A stretch of 45,838 nucleotides of DNA from Chloroflexota bacterium (GTDB lineage Bacteria; Chloroflexota; DTOL01; JACQYG01), in the NCBI GenBank assembly GCA_040754915.1, contig JBFMCB010000002.1, positions 1 to 45,838 on the forward strand, written 5' to 3'. Under the pieces are notes generated by a model, which saw only the letters and a program-made list of their open reading frames with translations, was not told the DNA's origin and searched no databases. Both the position numbers and the translations under genes were made by a program. Positions 17,536 to 25,771 of the stretch are shown here, piece after piece; positions within the stretch are counted from its first letter, which is position 1, and each line of letters begins with the position of its first letter.

Positions 17536-19869
17536 ATGACCATCACTCAAATGGGGCTGGCCTGGCTGGCCGGCACGTTCCTGGGGCCTCTCCTGTCCCC
17601 GGCTCACCTCGTTTTCGCCCTTTTGGCTTCCCTCTTGCTCCCCGTCGCCATTTTCCTCTGGAGGAGGCGATTTCCCTGGGCCCTTGGGTTCGCCATGGGC
17701 ATTCTGCTCCTGGGCGCCCTGCGCTATCAGGCTGCCCTTCCCCCGGCAGGTAGCCAGCCGCTCCAGCATTGCCGGGAGCGGGGGCCCGTGGAAATCATCG
17801 GCCGGGTAACCGAGGAGCCCGACGTCCGGGACCGCTGGACTTACCTGAGAGTCCAGGTCGAAGGGCTGACCTGTGGGGATGACCCGGCGCCGGCAGCCGG
17901 GGCGGTTCAGGTGCGAGCGCGCCGCTATCCCGAGTATCGCTACGGGGACGTATTGAGGGTTCGTGGCCAGCTCTCTGAGCCACCGGTCTACGAGGACTTC
18001 TCCTACCGCGACTACCTGGCCCGCAGAGGCATTTATGCCGTGGTCAACGAGCCTCGCATCGAGATCGTGGCCCGGGATAGAGGAAACCCCCTGATCTCCC
18101 GGCTCCTGCAGTTGAAGAGTTCCCTGCACGCCTCCCTGGTCCGGGCCGTGCCCGAGCCCCAGGCGTCGCTCCTGGCGGGGATCCTGCTAGGGCTCAAGCC
18201 AGGCATCCCGGATGACCTCAAAAGGGCCCTGGCGACCACCGCTTTGACCCACATCATCGTCATCTCCGGGTATAACATCAGTGTAATCGCTGGCGCCGTA
18301 GCCAGGGCCACGCGCCAGCTCCTGGGGTATCAGGCGAGCCTGGTCCTGGCCATGGCCTCCATCTTGCTTTTCTTATTCTTCGCGGGCTGGAACCCGCCGG
18401 TGCTCCGGGCCTCGCTCATGTCCGGCCTGACCCTTTTGGCCTCGCTGACCGGCCGCATCAGCTTCACCGAGGATGCCTTAGTCCTAGCTGCCGCAGCCAT
18501 GACGGCTCACGATCCCATGGCCCTCCAGGACCTGAGCTTCCAGCTTTCCTTTCTGGCCACCGCCGGATTGGTGCTGGTGGCGCCATCCATAGAGGGTCGG
18601 CTCGCCTTTCTGCCTCCGGTCCTCCGCGGCCCTTTGGCGGTCAGCCTGGCCGCCCAGGCCATGACGGCACCGCTCATCGCCTACGATTTCCACCAGGTCT
18701 CGTTGGTGGGCCCCCTGGCGAACCTAGTGGCGCTGCCGATTGTGCCCTGGGCCATGCTGACGGGGGCAACGACCGCCGGCGTGGGCCTGCTCTCCCCCGA
18801 CCTGGCCAACGTCTCGGGGTGGACAGCCTGGCTCACCGCCGGAGCAATTGCCTTTTCCGCGCAATCGCTGGGCTCACTGGCCCTGGCCTCCGTGACTCTC
18901 CCCCGGTTCCACGTGGGCTGGGTTTGGCTGTATTTTATCCTGGTGGTGGCGTTTCTATCCCGAGGGAGGCTGGCCGAGCTGGCTTCTTCACTAGTAAAGA
19001 ACGCCCCCCGGCTGGCCCCGGCTCCGCTCAAACCGGTGATCGTCGCTCTCTTGGTTGCGGGCTCGCTGCTCTGGTTGGCGCTCCTGTCGCTCCCGGACGG
19101 CCGCTGGCGCGTGACCTTCCTGGACGTTGGCCAGGGAGATTCCATCCTTATCCAGACCGCCCAGGGTCAGAAGATTCTCGTGGATGGCGGCCCCAGCCCC
19201 TCGGCTATAACCGCCGCCCTGGGTAAAAGGCTGCCGTTCTGGGACCGATCCCTGGACCTGGTGGTGTTGTCGCACCCTCACGAGGATCACCTGGCCGGGC
19301 TGGTGGAGGTATTGAGCCGTTATCACGTGACGGAAGTCCTGGAGCCGCCCAACCTCAAGGGTAATCCCCTGGCCTCGGAGTGGACCAGGCTGGTCCAAAC
19401 CAAAGGGATCAAAGCTGTCGTCGCCGAGAGCGGGCAACTCATCAAGCTGGGCGAAGAAGCCTGGCTGGAGGTCCTGTATCCCAACGAGGACCACAGCACT
19501 TGCTCCGGAAGTGACGCCAACAATTGCTCTATAGTTTTGAGGCTGGTGATCGGTCGTTTCACGGCCCTCCTCCCCGGCGATTTGGAGGCCCCGGGGCAGG
19601 ATAGGCTCCTGGGGCGTGCCGATGATCTCAAGGCCCTGGTGCTCAAAGTGCCCCATCACGGCAGTGCCTCCTCCTTGGATCAGGCCTTTCTCGACCAGGT
19701 CAGCCCCGAAGTTGCCATTCTATCGCTTGGCAAGGAAAACCAGTTCGGCTTCCCCGCCACCTCCTGTCTACGAAAACTGGAGGGGATCAAAGTCTTCCGA
19801 ACTGACCTCCATGGTAATGTGGAGGTCACTACCGACGGCAGAAGTTACTCGATTCGCTGGGATCAATAG
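17536..19869 (+). CDS. comEC: DNA internalization competence protein ComEC/Rec2 (DUF4131 + competence TM domain + metallo-beta-lactamase)
   Basis: 777 aa multi-TM protein with C-terminal FLDVGQGDS and SHPHEDH motifs. Confidence 0.9.
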   Translation: MTITQMGLAWLAGTFLGPLLSPAHLVFALLASLLLPVAIFLWRRRFPWALGFAMGILLLGALRYQAALPPAGSQPLQHCRERGPVEIIGRVTEEPDVRDRWTYLRVQVEGLTCGDDPAPAAGAVQVRARRYPEYRYGDVLRVRGQLSEPPVYEDFSYRDYLARRGIYAVVNEPRIEIVARDRGNPLISRLLQLKSSLHASLVRAVPEPQASLLAGILLGLKPGIPDDLKRALATTALTHIIVISGYNISVIAGAVARATRQLLGYQASLVLAMASILLFLFFAGWNPPVLRASLMSGLTLLASLTGRISFTEDALVLAAAAMTAHDPMALQDLSFQLSFLATAGLVLVAPSIEGRLAFLPPVLRGPLAVSLAAQAMTAPLIAYDFHQVSLVGPLANLVALPIVPWAMLTGATTAGVGLLSPDLANVSGWTAWLTAGAIAFSAQSLGSLALASVTLPRFHVGWVWLYFILVVAFLSRGRLAELASSLVKNAPRLAPAPLKPVIVALLVAGSLLWLALLSLPDGRWRVTFLDVGQGDSILIQTAQGQKILVDGGPSPSAITAALGKRLPFWDRSLDLVVLSHPHEDHLAGLVEVLSRYHVTEVLEPPNLKGNPLASEWTRLVQTKGIKAVVAESGQLIKLGEEAWLEVLYPNEDHSTCSGSDANNCSIVLRLVIGRFTALLPGDLEAPGQDRLLGRADDLKALVLKVPHHGSASSLDQAFLDQVSPEVAILSLGKENQFGFPATSCLRKLEGIKVFRTDLHGNVEVTTDGRSYSIRWDQ
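18983..19002. repeat. AT-rich palindrome family, copy E (CTTCTTCACTAGTAAAGAAC)
   Basis: Matches the consensus at 17 of 20 positions. It lies inside comEC, between the TM domain and the beta-lactamase domain. It is read as S-S-L-V-K-N, a different phase from copy D. Confidence 0.65.
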
Positions 19870-19935
19870 CGCCTGGCTATAGGAAAAAAGTACTACGCGC
19901 CACCTCGATCTTGAGCGTTTTCGAGGGTCACGGTA

Positions 19936-19944
19936 TGTTATAAT
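19936..19944 (+). promoter_or_regulatory. Extended -10 element (TGtTATAAT) upstream of the GGDEF gene
   Basis: TGTTATAAT lies in an AT-rich intergenic patch. No good -35 is present, as is often the case for extended -10 promoters. Confidence 0.35.
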
Positions 19945-19969
19945 TCTATTGTCTTGCCCATTTAATGCG

Positions 19970-19989
19970 TTTCTTTACTAGCAAAGAAC
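19970..19989. repeat. AT-rich palindrome family, copy F (TTTCTTTACTAGCAAAGAAC)
   Basis: Matches the consensus at 18 of 20 positions. It starts 26 nt downstream of the TATAAT and lies about 75 nt upstream of the GGDEF ATG. Confidence 0.7.
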
Positions 19990-20063
19990 GTTTCATGCTG
20001 GTCCCTGGATGGCCTCTCTAAGCCCAGGTCCCGGCATAGTCGTGATGCGGAGCGAACCAGCAA

Positions 20064-21776
20064 ATGTTCGGCTTGGAAGTCGTCTCGTTGGTCACCTCTC
20101 TGATCGCCGTGATCCTCCTCCTGGTGGGCATCTCCTTGTGGCGGCGACGCGATGCCACTTTCTTTACTGGTAAGGAGAAGGGGCTATTGACTTTCCAGGA
20201 GATCGACCGGGAGCTGAACGCCACGTTGGACCCGGGCCAAGTCCTGGATCTGGTCCTGGACCGGGCCATGACCCAGACTGCGGCAGATAGGGGGCTCATC
20301 GCTTTCTTCGACGAGCACAAAGGCAGCTACTTCCTGGTGACCGAGCGCAATTATCCACCGGGCGTTGACCGTTATCGCCAGGAGCCGTGGCCGGCGGAGC
20401 GCGGGATCGTGGGCAGGGTGGCCCGGACCGGCCAGGCGGCGCTCGTCTCCGACGTAAGCCGCGATGGCGACTACGCCTCGGTCTCACCGGACACCCGCTC
20501 CGAGTTGGCCGTGCCCTTCCTTCGACAAGGGCAGGTGATCGGCGTGATCAACCTGGAAAGCGACCGCCTGGCTGCCTTCAACCAGGGGCACCAGGGCTTT
20601 CTGCAGCGTCTTTGCGACCATGCGGCGGTCGCTTTGACCAATGCCCACCTCTACCAACAAGAAGCGCGGCAAGCCAGGCTCCTACAACAAAAGGCCAATC
20701 AACTGGCCGAGATCCTCAAGGTCGGCAACGCCCTGAAAGCGAACCTGAGCCTGCCGGACGTCCTGGAACAGATCACCAGGGCCGTTACCTCTAGCCTGGG
20801 GTTCAACCTGGCCTTGCTGAGCCTGGTGGATGAGGATGATCCTACGGTCCTGAAACGCGTGGCCGGTGCTGGGCTGGATCCCGCCACCTTCGAGCAGTTG
20901 AGGGCAACGTCTGTTCCGTTGTCGCAATACCAGCGGATCATGCAGGAGCGATTCCGCATAAGTCAGTCCTACTACGTTAGCCACTCGCATCCGGAGATCT
21001 GGGAAGGGGTTAGCGGGGTCTTCGTGCCGGACCTGGGAGAGAGAAGAGAGGGCGAATGGCAGTCCAACGATGCGCTTTTCGTCCCCTTGATGGGCACCGA
21101 CGGCAGGATCATCGGGATACTCTCTGTGGACGATCCGGTGGACCGCATGGTGCCCACCCTGGAGACCATCGAAGGCCTGGAGGTCTTCGCCAACCAGGCG
21201 GCAATTGCCATCGAGAACGCTAAGCTCTATGAGCAGGCCAGGCGCCTGGCCATCACCGATGGCTTAACCGGTCTATTCAACAGCCGCTACTTCTACGAGG
21301 CGCTGGAGAAAGAGATGCAGAAGACCGACCGCTATGGTCACCCTCTGTCGCTGATCATCCTAGACCTGGACGATTTCAAGGCCTACAACGATGCCTATGG
21401 CCATCTGGTGGGTGACAACCTGCTGGTGCAGTTGGCCTCGCTCCTCACCAGCATCACCCGAGGCGCGGATATTGTGGCCCGCTATGGGGGAGAGGAGTTT
21501 GCCATCATCGTTCCCGAAACCAGCCTGGAACAGGCCCGGCAACTGGCCGAGCGCATCCGGGTGGCGGTGGAGAACCACGTCTTCATGGTGAGCGGCAGGC
21601 CGCTGGAGACCGCCATCACCGTCAGCGTAGGCGTGGCCGCCTATCCTCAAGGATCCTGGGGCGAAAAACAATTCGTCCAGGCCGCTGACGCTGCGGCCTA
21701 TGCCGCCAAACAGGCCGGGAAAAACCGGGTCTGCATTTACGGGCGAGATGCCCTGCACCCGGCCTTGCAGTTGTAG
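20064..21776 (+). CDS. Membrane-anchored GAF-GAF-GGDEF diguanylate cyclase
   Basis: Has an N-terminal TM segment and two GAF-like regions. The GGEEF active site has an RxxD I-site five residues upstream (RGADIVARYGGEEF). Confidence 0.9.
   Translation: MFGLEVVSLVTSLIAVILLLVGISLWRRRDATFFTGKEKGLLTFQEIDRELNATLDPGQVLDLVLDRAMTQTAADRGLIAFFDEHKGSYFLVTERNYPPGVDRYRQEPWPAERGIVGRVARTGQAALVSDVSRDGDYASVSPDTRSELAVPFLRQGQVIGVINLESDRLAAFNQGHQGFLQRLCDHAAVALTNAHLYQQEARQARLLQQKANQLAEILKVGNALKANLSLPDVLEQITRAVTSSLGFNLALLSLVDEDDPTVLKRVAGAGLDPATFEQLRATSVPLSQYQRIMQERFRISQSYYVSHSHPEIWEGVSGVFVPDLGERREGEWQSNDALFVPLMGTDGRIIGILSVDDPVDRMVPTLETIEGLEVFANQAAIAIENAKLYEQARRLAITDGLTGLFNSRYFYEALEKEMQKTDRYGHPLSLIILDLDDFKAYNDAYGHLVGDNLLVQLASLLTSITRGADIVARYGGEEFAIIVPETSLEQARQLAERIRVAVENHVFMVSGRPLETAITVSVGVAAYPQGSWGEKQFVQAADAAAYAAKQAGKNRVCIYGRDALHPALQL
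20159..20178. repeat. AT-rich palindrome family, copy G (TTTCTTTACTGGTAAGGAGA)
   Basis: Matches the consensus at 17 of 20 positions. It lies inside the GGDEF ORF just after the TM helix, is read as F-F-T-G-K-E, and its centre is 189 bp from copy F. Confidence 0.55.
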
Positions 21777-21875
21777 CTCAGGCCGCAGAGCCCCGATCTT
21801 TCTCTCCGACTTGAGGTCGCGCTCTTCTCCCTGGATTTCTCCGCGGGGTCTGCCTATCCTGGCGCCTGGGCGAGG

Positions 21876-23570
21876 TCAGTCGTCTTCCGGCGTCTTCGTG
21901 GGCTCGGGCGATATCGTGCCTGAAGGCGTCGGGGTAGGGGTCTTAGTGGCCTCCGGGGCCTCCGTCTTGGCTGCTTCGGGCGTCTCCTGCTTCTCCGGCT
22001 CTTTGGTCCCGGTGGGCTCAGGGCTGCGCGTTGCGGTGGGCGTGCGGCTGGGCCTGGGCGTCGGAGATATGCCCGGTATTGGCGATTGAGACGCTGGTGG
22101 CAATGCCTCGCCTTTCTTGACCTTGATCCTCAGCGCCAACGGTGAATCCCCATTCCGAAGCCAAAGAGTGGCTTCCACCTTGCGGCCCACCTGAGCGGTG
22201 GCCTCGCTCTCATCGATAAAGGTATTGGCATCTATCACGAGAAGTCTCCCCGACACCTTCCAGGCCCCAGCGCTGAGCGCCTCAATTTGACCGCTGAGTT
22301 CCTGGAGCCTGGCCTCGTCCTGGACCTTGAACGTCCGGATCTTCCGAGCGTGGATCGTGCCATCGGCCCGGCGGAGCGCCTCCACCTGGGCCGCCAACCC
22401 CACTTTGGCAGAGCCGATGACAATGGTTTCCCCGTCAACTATGATCTTCTTACCGCCGATAACCCAAGCGCCCTTCTCGACCGCGCTGACCTTGCCCTGG
22501 AATTCCACCTCGGCCGCGTGCTCTTCCGGCGTTTCGACCTCGATCTCCAGGGCCAATAGGGTTCCATCCCTCAGATGGGCGATCTCCACCTCCACCGTCC
22601 CGCCAACTGTCGGCTGCCCGCCGGCCATCGCCGTATTTGCGTCCACCAGAATGGTCTTGCCGCTCACCACCCAGGCCTTGCTCCCAGTGCTCTCGACGAT
22701 CCCCAGGAACTCGGATACCATCACCACGTTCTCCACCGGGGCTGGCACGAACCCAGCCAGGACCTTGGGGTTCTCCAAGGCCTGCCGGGCTGCTTGACCC
22801 CCGAAGTGGACCGCGCTCAGGGCTTGGCTGGCGGCCTCCTGCCCCTCCGGGCCGGTGAAGGCTCGTACCTCTCGCAGGCCGACCTCCTGCTGGGCCACCA
22901 GTTGGAGAAAGCGGGCCAGCGTGTCTCGCGACTCACCTTCAGGCAACCGAGAAATGGTATCCAGGATCTTGGAAGTGTAATCTCTCATGGCCAGTAGCGT
23001 ACCGGCGCTGACCTTATGTTCCCGGTTGGCCTGGGCCAAAGCCTCGGTCAAGCGTCGCTGGGCCAGAAGCATGTAGAGGTCGGCCTTGGCCTGCCCATCG
23101 GGTGTCAAGGCGACCTGCGTGGTCTCAGACACCATCTTAACCGGATACAAAGGTGTTCCGGGCAAGCTATCCTGGGCCAGGACGATGGTCCCCGTGCCTA
23201 AGACGATGGCCGCGGCCGCCGAGAGGCCCGCCACCAGCAGCGCCGAGGCCCAGGCCCTGGCCCGGCCGGGCGCTGAAGGCCAACCCACCATCGCCCAGAA
23301 GGGAAGCACATCGAACATGCTGGCCAGCCGGGACCCTTTCTTTCTTTGCGGCATGGAGGCCAGCTTCCTCAGCAGCGCCTGCCTTCCTCTCACCATCGCC
23401 TCCGCCGAGGGCGCCACCGCCGGCAGCGAGCGCAGCACGTCCGCCTGGCGCAACAGCGGTTCCAACTCCTGAGCGTGCTCCGGGAAGGCGTCGAGGCACC
23501 GTTGGACGCTTTCCCCGCCCCGCATCCTGGCCAGACATTCATCTAGAATTGAAGCGAGATCCGCTTTCAT
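21876..23570 (-). CDS. Membrane anti-sigma-like protein (DUF5667-like region plus three DUF5666-like repeats, PT-rich tail)
   Basis: Its start overlaps the ECF sigma gene stop by 4 nt. It has a single TM segment, a PGTPLYPVK region, and three repeats of the type GAWV..GK.I.VD..T. Confidence 0.6.
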   Translation of the reverse strand: MKADLASILDECLARMRGGESVQRCLDAFPEHAQELEPLLRQADVLRSLPAVAPSAEAMVRGRQALLRKLASMPQRKKGSRLASMFDVLPFWAMVGWPSAPGRARAWASALLVAGLSAAAAIVLGTGTIVLAQDSLPGTPLYPVKMVSETTQVALTPDGQAKADLYMLLAQRRLTEALAQANREHKVSAGTLLAMRDYTSKILDTISRLPEGESRDTLARFLQLVAQQEVGLREVRAFTGPEGQEAASQALSAVHFGGQAARQALENPKVLAGFVPAPVENVVMVSEFLGIVESTGSKAWVVSGKTILVDANTAMAGGQPTVGGTVEVEIAHLRDGTLLALEIEVETPEEHAAEVEFQGKVSAVEKGAWVIGGKKIIVDGETIVIGSAKVGLAAQVEALRRADGTIHARKIRTFKVQDEARLQELSGQIEALSAGAWKVSGRLLVIDANTFIDESEATAQVGRKVEATLWLRNGDSPLALRIKVKKGEALPPASQSPIPGISPTPRPSRTPTATRSPEPTGTKEPEKQETPEAAKTEAPEATKTPTPTPSGTISPEPTKTPEDD

Positions 23571-24103
23571 TGTGTTCTCTCCAGGACACGCTTCAGGGAG
23601 GCCAGGGCTCGATGCTGAATGGATTTCACCGCCCCCTCGGTCTTGCCCAAAACCTGAGCCACCCCGCTGCTATCCATTTCCTGGACGAATTTCAAGATAA
23701 GCACCTGTCGCTGGTCCACCGTCAGGTGCTGAAGGGCCCGAAGCAGCTCCTCTTTTTCGATTTTGCTCTGAAGAAGGCCTTCTGAGCTCTCATGGTCCCC
23801 GACGAGGCTCTCTTGCAACGGGAGCTGGCCTCGCCGGCTCTGCTGGCGCAGATGATCCACCACCAGGTTGTGGCCGATGCGATACAACCAGGACACCAAC
23901 GGCAGGCCCCGAGGCGTGTACGAGCTGATAGCCTCGAGCGCCCGCAGGAAAACCTCCGCGGCCAGGTCTTCGGCTTCGGAGGCGCCTCTCAGTTGGTAGT
24001 ACAGGTAATTATAGATCTGCTGGTAGTGACGGTCATAGATCTGCGCCCATGCTTGAGCATCGTTTGCCTTGAGCCGGTCGACCAGAAGCACCTCATCGGT
24101 CAC
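23567..24103 (-). CDS. ECF (sigma-70 family) RNA polymerase sigma factor
   Basis: Has region 2 (IYNYLYYQL..., AEDLAAEVFLRAL) and region 4 (QRQVLILKFVQEMDSSGVAQVLGKTEGAVKSIQHRAL). Confidence 0.85.
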   Translation of the reverse strand: MTDEVLLVDRLKANDAQAWAQIYDRHYQQIYNYLYYQLRGASEAEDLAAEVFLRALEAISSYTPRGLPLVSWLYRIGHNLVVDHLRQQSRRGQLPLQESLVGDHESSEGLLQSKIEKEELLRALQHLTVDQRQVLILKFVQEMDSSGVAQVLGKTEGAVKSIQHRALASLKRVLERTQ

Positions 24104-24391
24104 GGGAAGACTCCTTCAAGCAGGCGAGTCGGCGGGCATGAATGATGCAAGTCGTCTTCTCGTGCACCATTATAACGAAATGGCTCCACAAAAGATACTG
24201 GGCCGGCCACACACCTCAATTCAACCCTCTGGCCTTTTGGTTGGATATTTGCTATAGTATCCCCATGCCAGTCCCAGACACTCACCGGCAAACAAATATA
24301 ACGTCCAAAAGGCCCTCTGGATACCGTTTCTTGGCACCGGATTCAACCGCTGGTACGATCAGCGGCTGCCCGAAGGGCATCAGGAGCAAAG

Positions 24392-25423
24392 TTGGCAGAT
24401 TCCCCACCTAGATTGTATCTTTTCCACGGCTCGGATGAGTATTCCAGCCATCTAGAGCTAAAGAGGTTCAAGGCCAAGTTGGGTGACGCGGCCATCGTTG
24501 CGCTCAACACCACTGTGCTGGAGGGCATGCGAGTGGCACCTCAGGACCTGGTGGCGGCGTGTAATGCCATGCCCTTCCTGAGCGATCGCCGCCTGGTAGT
24601 GGTGACTGGGCTCGCAGCGAGGTTGGCTCCCCCAAGGCTAGTGAGAGGCACCGAGAACGCTGCCCGGCGCAAGAAAACGTCTGCTGATCAGGACCTTACT
24701 GGTTTCCTGACCACCTTTCTACCGGATCTGCCCGACTGGACTAGACTGGTGTTCCTGGAGGAAGAGCCCTTAAAGTCTGATCATCCCCTGGTTCGTTTGG
24801 TCCAAGACAGCCACGGATACATCAAGGAGTTCCCCTTGCCAAAAGAGGCCGAACTGACCCCCTGGATCCTTCGCCAGGTCAAGGAGAGGGGCGGAAGGAT
24901 AACGCCTCAGGCCGCCGCCGCGCTGGGGGCCTTCGTGGGCCCGAACCTGCGCTTGTTGTCCCAGGAGATCGACAAGCTCCTGACCGCGGTTGGCGACACC
25001 CGGCCCGTCGAGGTGGAGGACGTGGAGGCCATGGTGAGCTACGCCCGGGAGGGGGATGTCTTCTCCCTGGTGGATGCCCTGGCCTACCGGCAAGGCGCGA
25101 AGGCCCTGAGGACCTTGCATCGGCTGCTGGAGGAGGGCGAGCACCCCGTGGCGCTCCTGCTAATGATCACCCGACATTTCCGGCAGCTTTTGCAGGTGAA
25201 GGAACTGACCGCGAAAGGGGCCAGCCCCGATCGGATCGCGGAGGCGCTGCGCATACACCCTTTTGTGGCCAAGAAAAGCGCGGAGCAGGCCAGGTCCTTT
25301 TCCCTGGAGCAGTTGGAGGGCATCCTGCGCCGTCTATTGGCGGCCGACGCGTCGATCAAGACCGGCAGGGTGAGCGAGATCCTGTCGCTGGACCTCCTGG
25401 TGGCAGAGCTAACCGCGCCATAG
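24392..25423 (+). CDS. holA: DNA polymerase III delta subunit
   Basis: Has an LYLFHGSDEY N-terminus. Length and the comEC-proximal location are typical. The TTG start follows an AGGAG SD. Confidence 0.75.
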   Translation: MADSPPRLYLFHGSDEYSSHLELKRFKAKLGDAAIVALNTTVLEGMRVAPQDLVAACNAMPFLSDRRLVVVTGLAARLAPPRLVRGTENAARRKKTSADQDLTGFLTTFLPDLPDWTRLVFLEEEPLKSDHPLVRLVQDSHGYIKEFPLPKEAELTPWILRQVKERGGRITPQAAAALGAFVGPNLRLLSQEIDKLLTAVGDTRPVEVEDVEAMVSYAREGDVFSLVDALAYRQGAKALRTLHRLLEEGEHPVALLLMITRHFRQLLQVKELTAKGASPDRIAEALRIHPFVAKKSAEQARSFSLEQLEGILRRLLAADASIKTGRVSEILSLDLLVAELTAP

Positions 25424-25581
25424 CGGGGGTGTTGAACGAACGAGCCATGTGGGGACGCCAGAACTTGCTTTGGCCGATCCTTGCCTACAATGAGGCAAAC
25501 CCGAACAAGTTCGGGCGTCCGAAGGGGCCCGATGGGGATATTGATCTTTGTTCAACACTCTAGCCCCCGCACAAGCGTGGT

Positions 25582-25610
25582 TTGACATCGGCAGACCCAT
25601 GCGATATAAT
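25582..25610 (+). promoter_or_regulatory. Perfect-consensus sigma-70 promoter upstream of secD
   Basis: Reads TTGACA, exactly 17 nt of spacer, then TATAAT. Confidence 0.55.
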
Positions 25611-25771
25611 CTACGCCGTTGCCCGAAAGAGGGGTGTCGATCTGATCCTGCTTCGACGCCCGGGCAGCTAAGCACCTGACCGCCTGGCGCCAACCGTCAT
25701 CTTCGCGCCTACCTTGCGCCAAGGGAGGCAACAATGCGCACCGCCAGTCAAACCTGCACCTGGAGAACTTG

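Noticed and set aside
12415-20178. Interpreting the TTTCTTTACTAGTAAAGAAA palindromes as canonical parS, a LexA box or CIRCE
   Set aside because: The sequence does not match the known consensus sequences as I recall them (parS TGTTNCACGTGAAACA; Gram-positive-type LexA box GAAC-N4-GTTC; CIRCE TTAGCACTC-N9-GAGTGCTAA). Only the general architecture (16 to 20 bp dyad, some copies intragenic) is parS-like, so it is reported as an unassigned motif.
24169-24174. TATAAT on the minus strand upstream of the ECF sigma gene as its promoter
   Set aside because: The -35 is poor (TATCTT), and ECF-dependent autoregulated promoters usually look different (GGAAC-type -35). The support is too weak to list as a feature.
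25500-25515. CCCGAACAAGTTCGGG downstream of holA as a LexA (GAAC-N4-GTTC) box or terminator
   Set aside because: The spacing is GAAC-N2-GTTC, not N4. As a hairpin it is short and lacks a U-tract, as does the neighbouring TTGCCT-acaatg-AGGCAA at 25481..25498.
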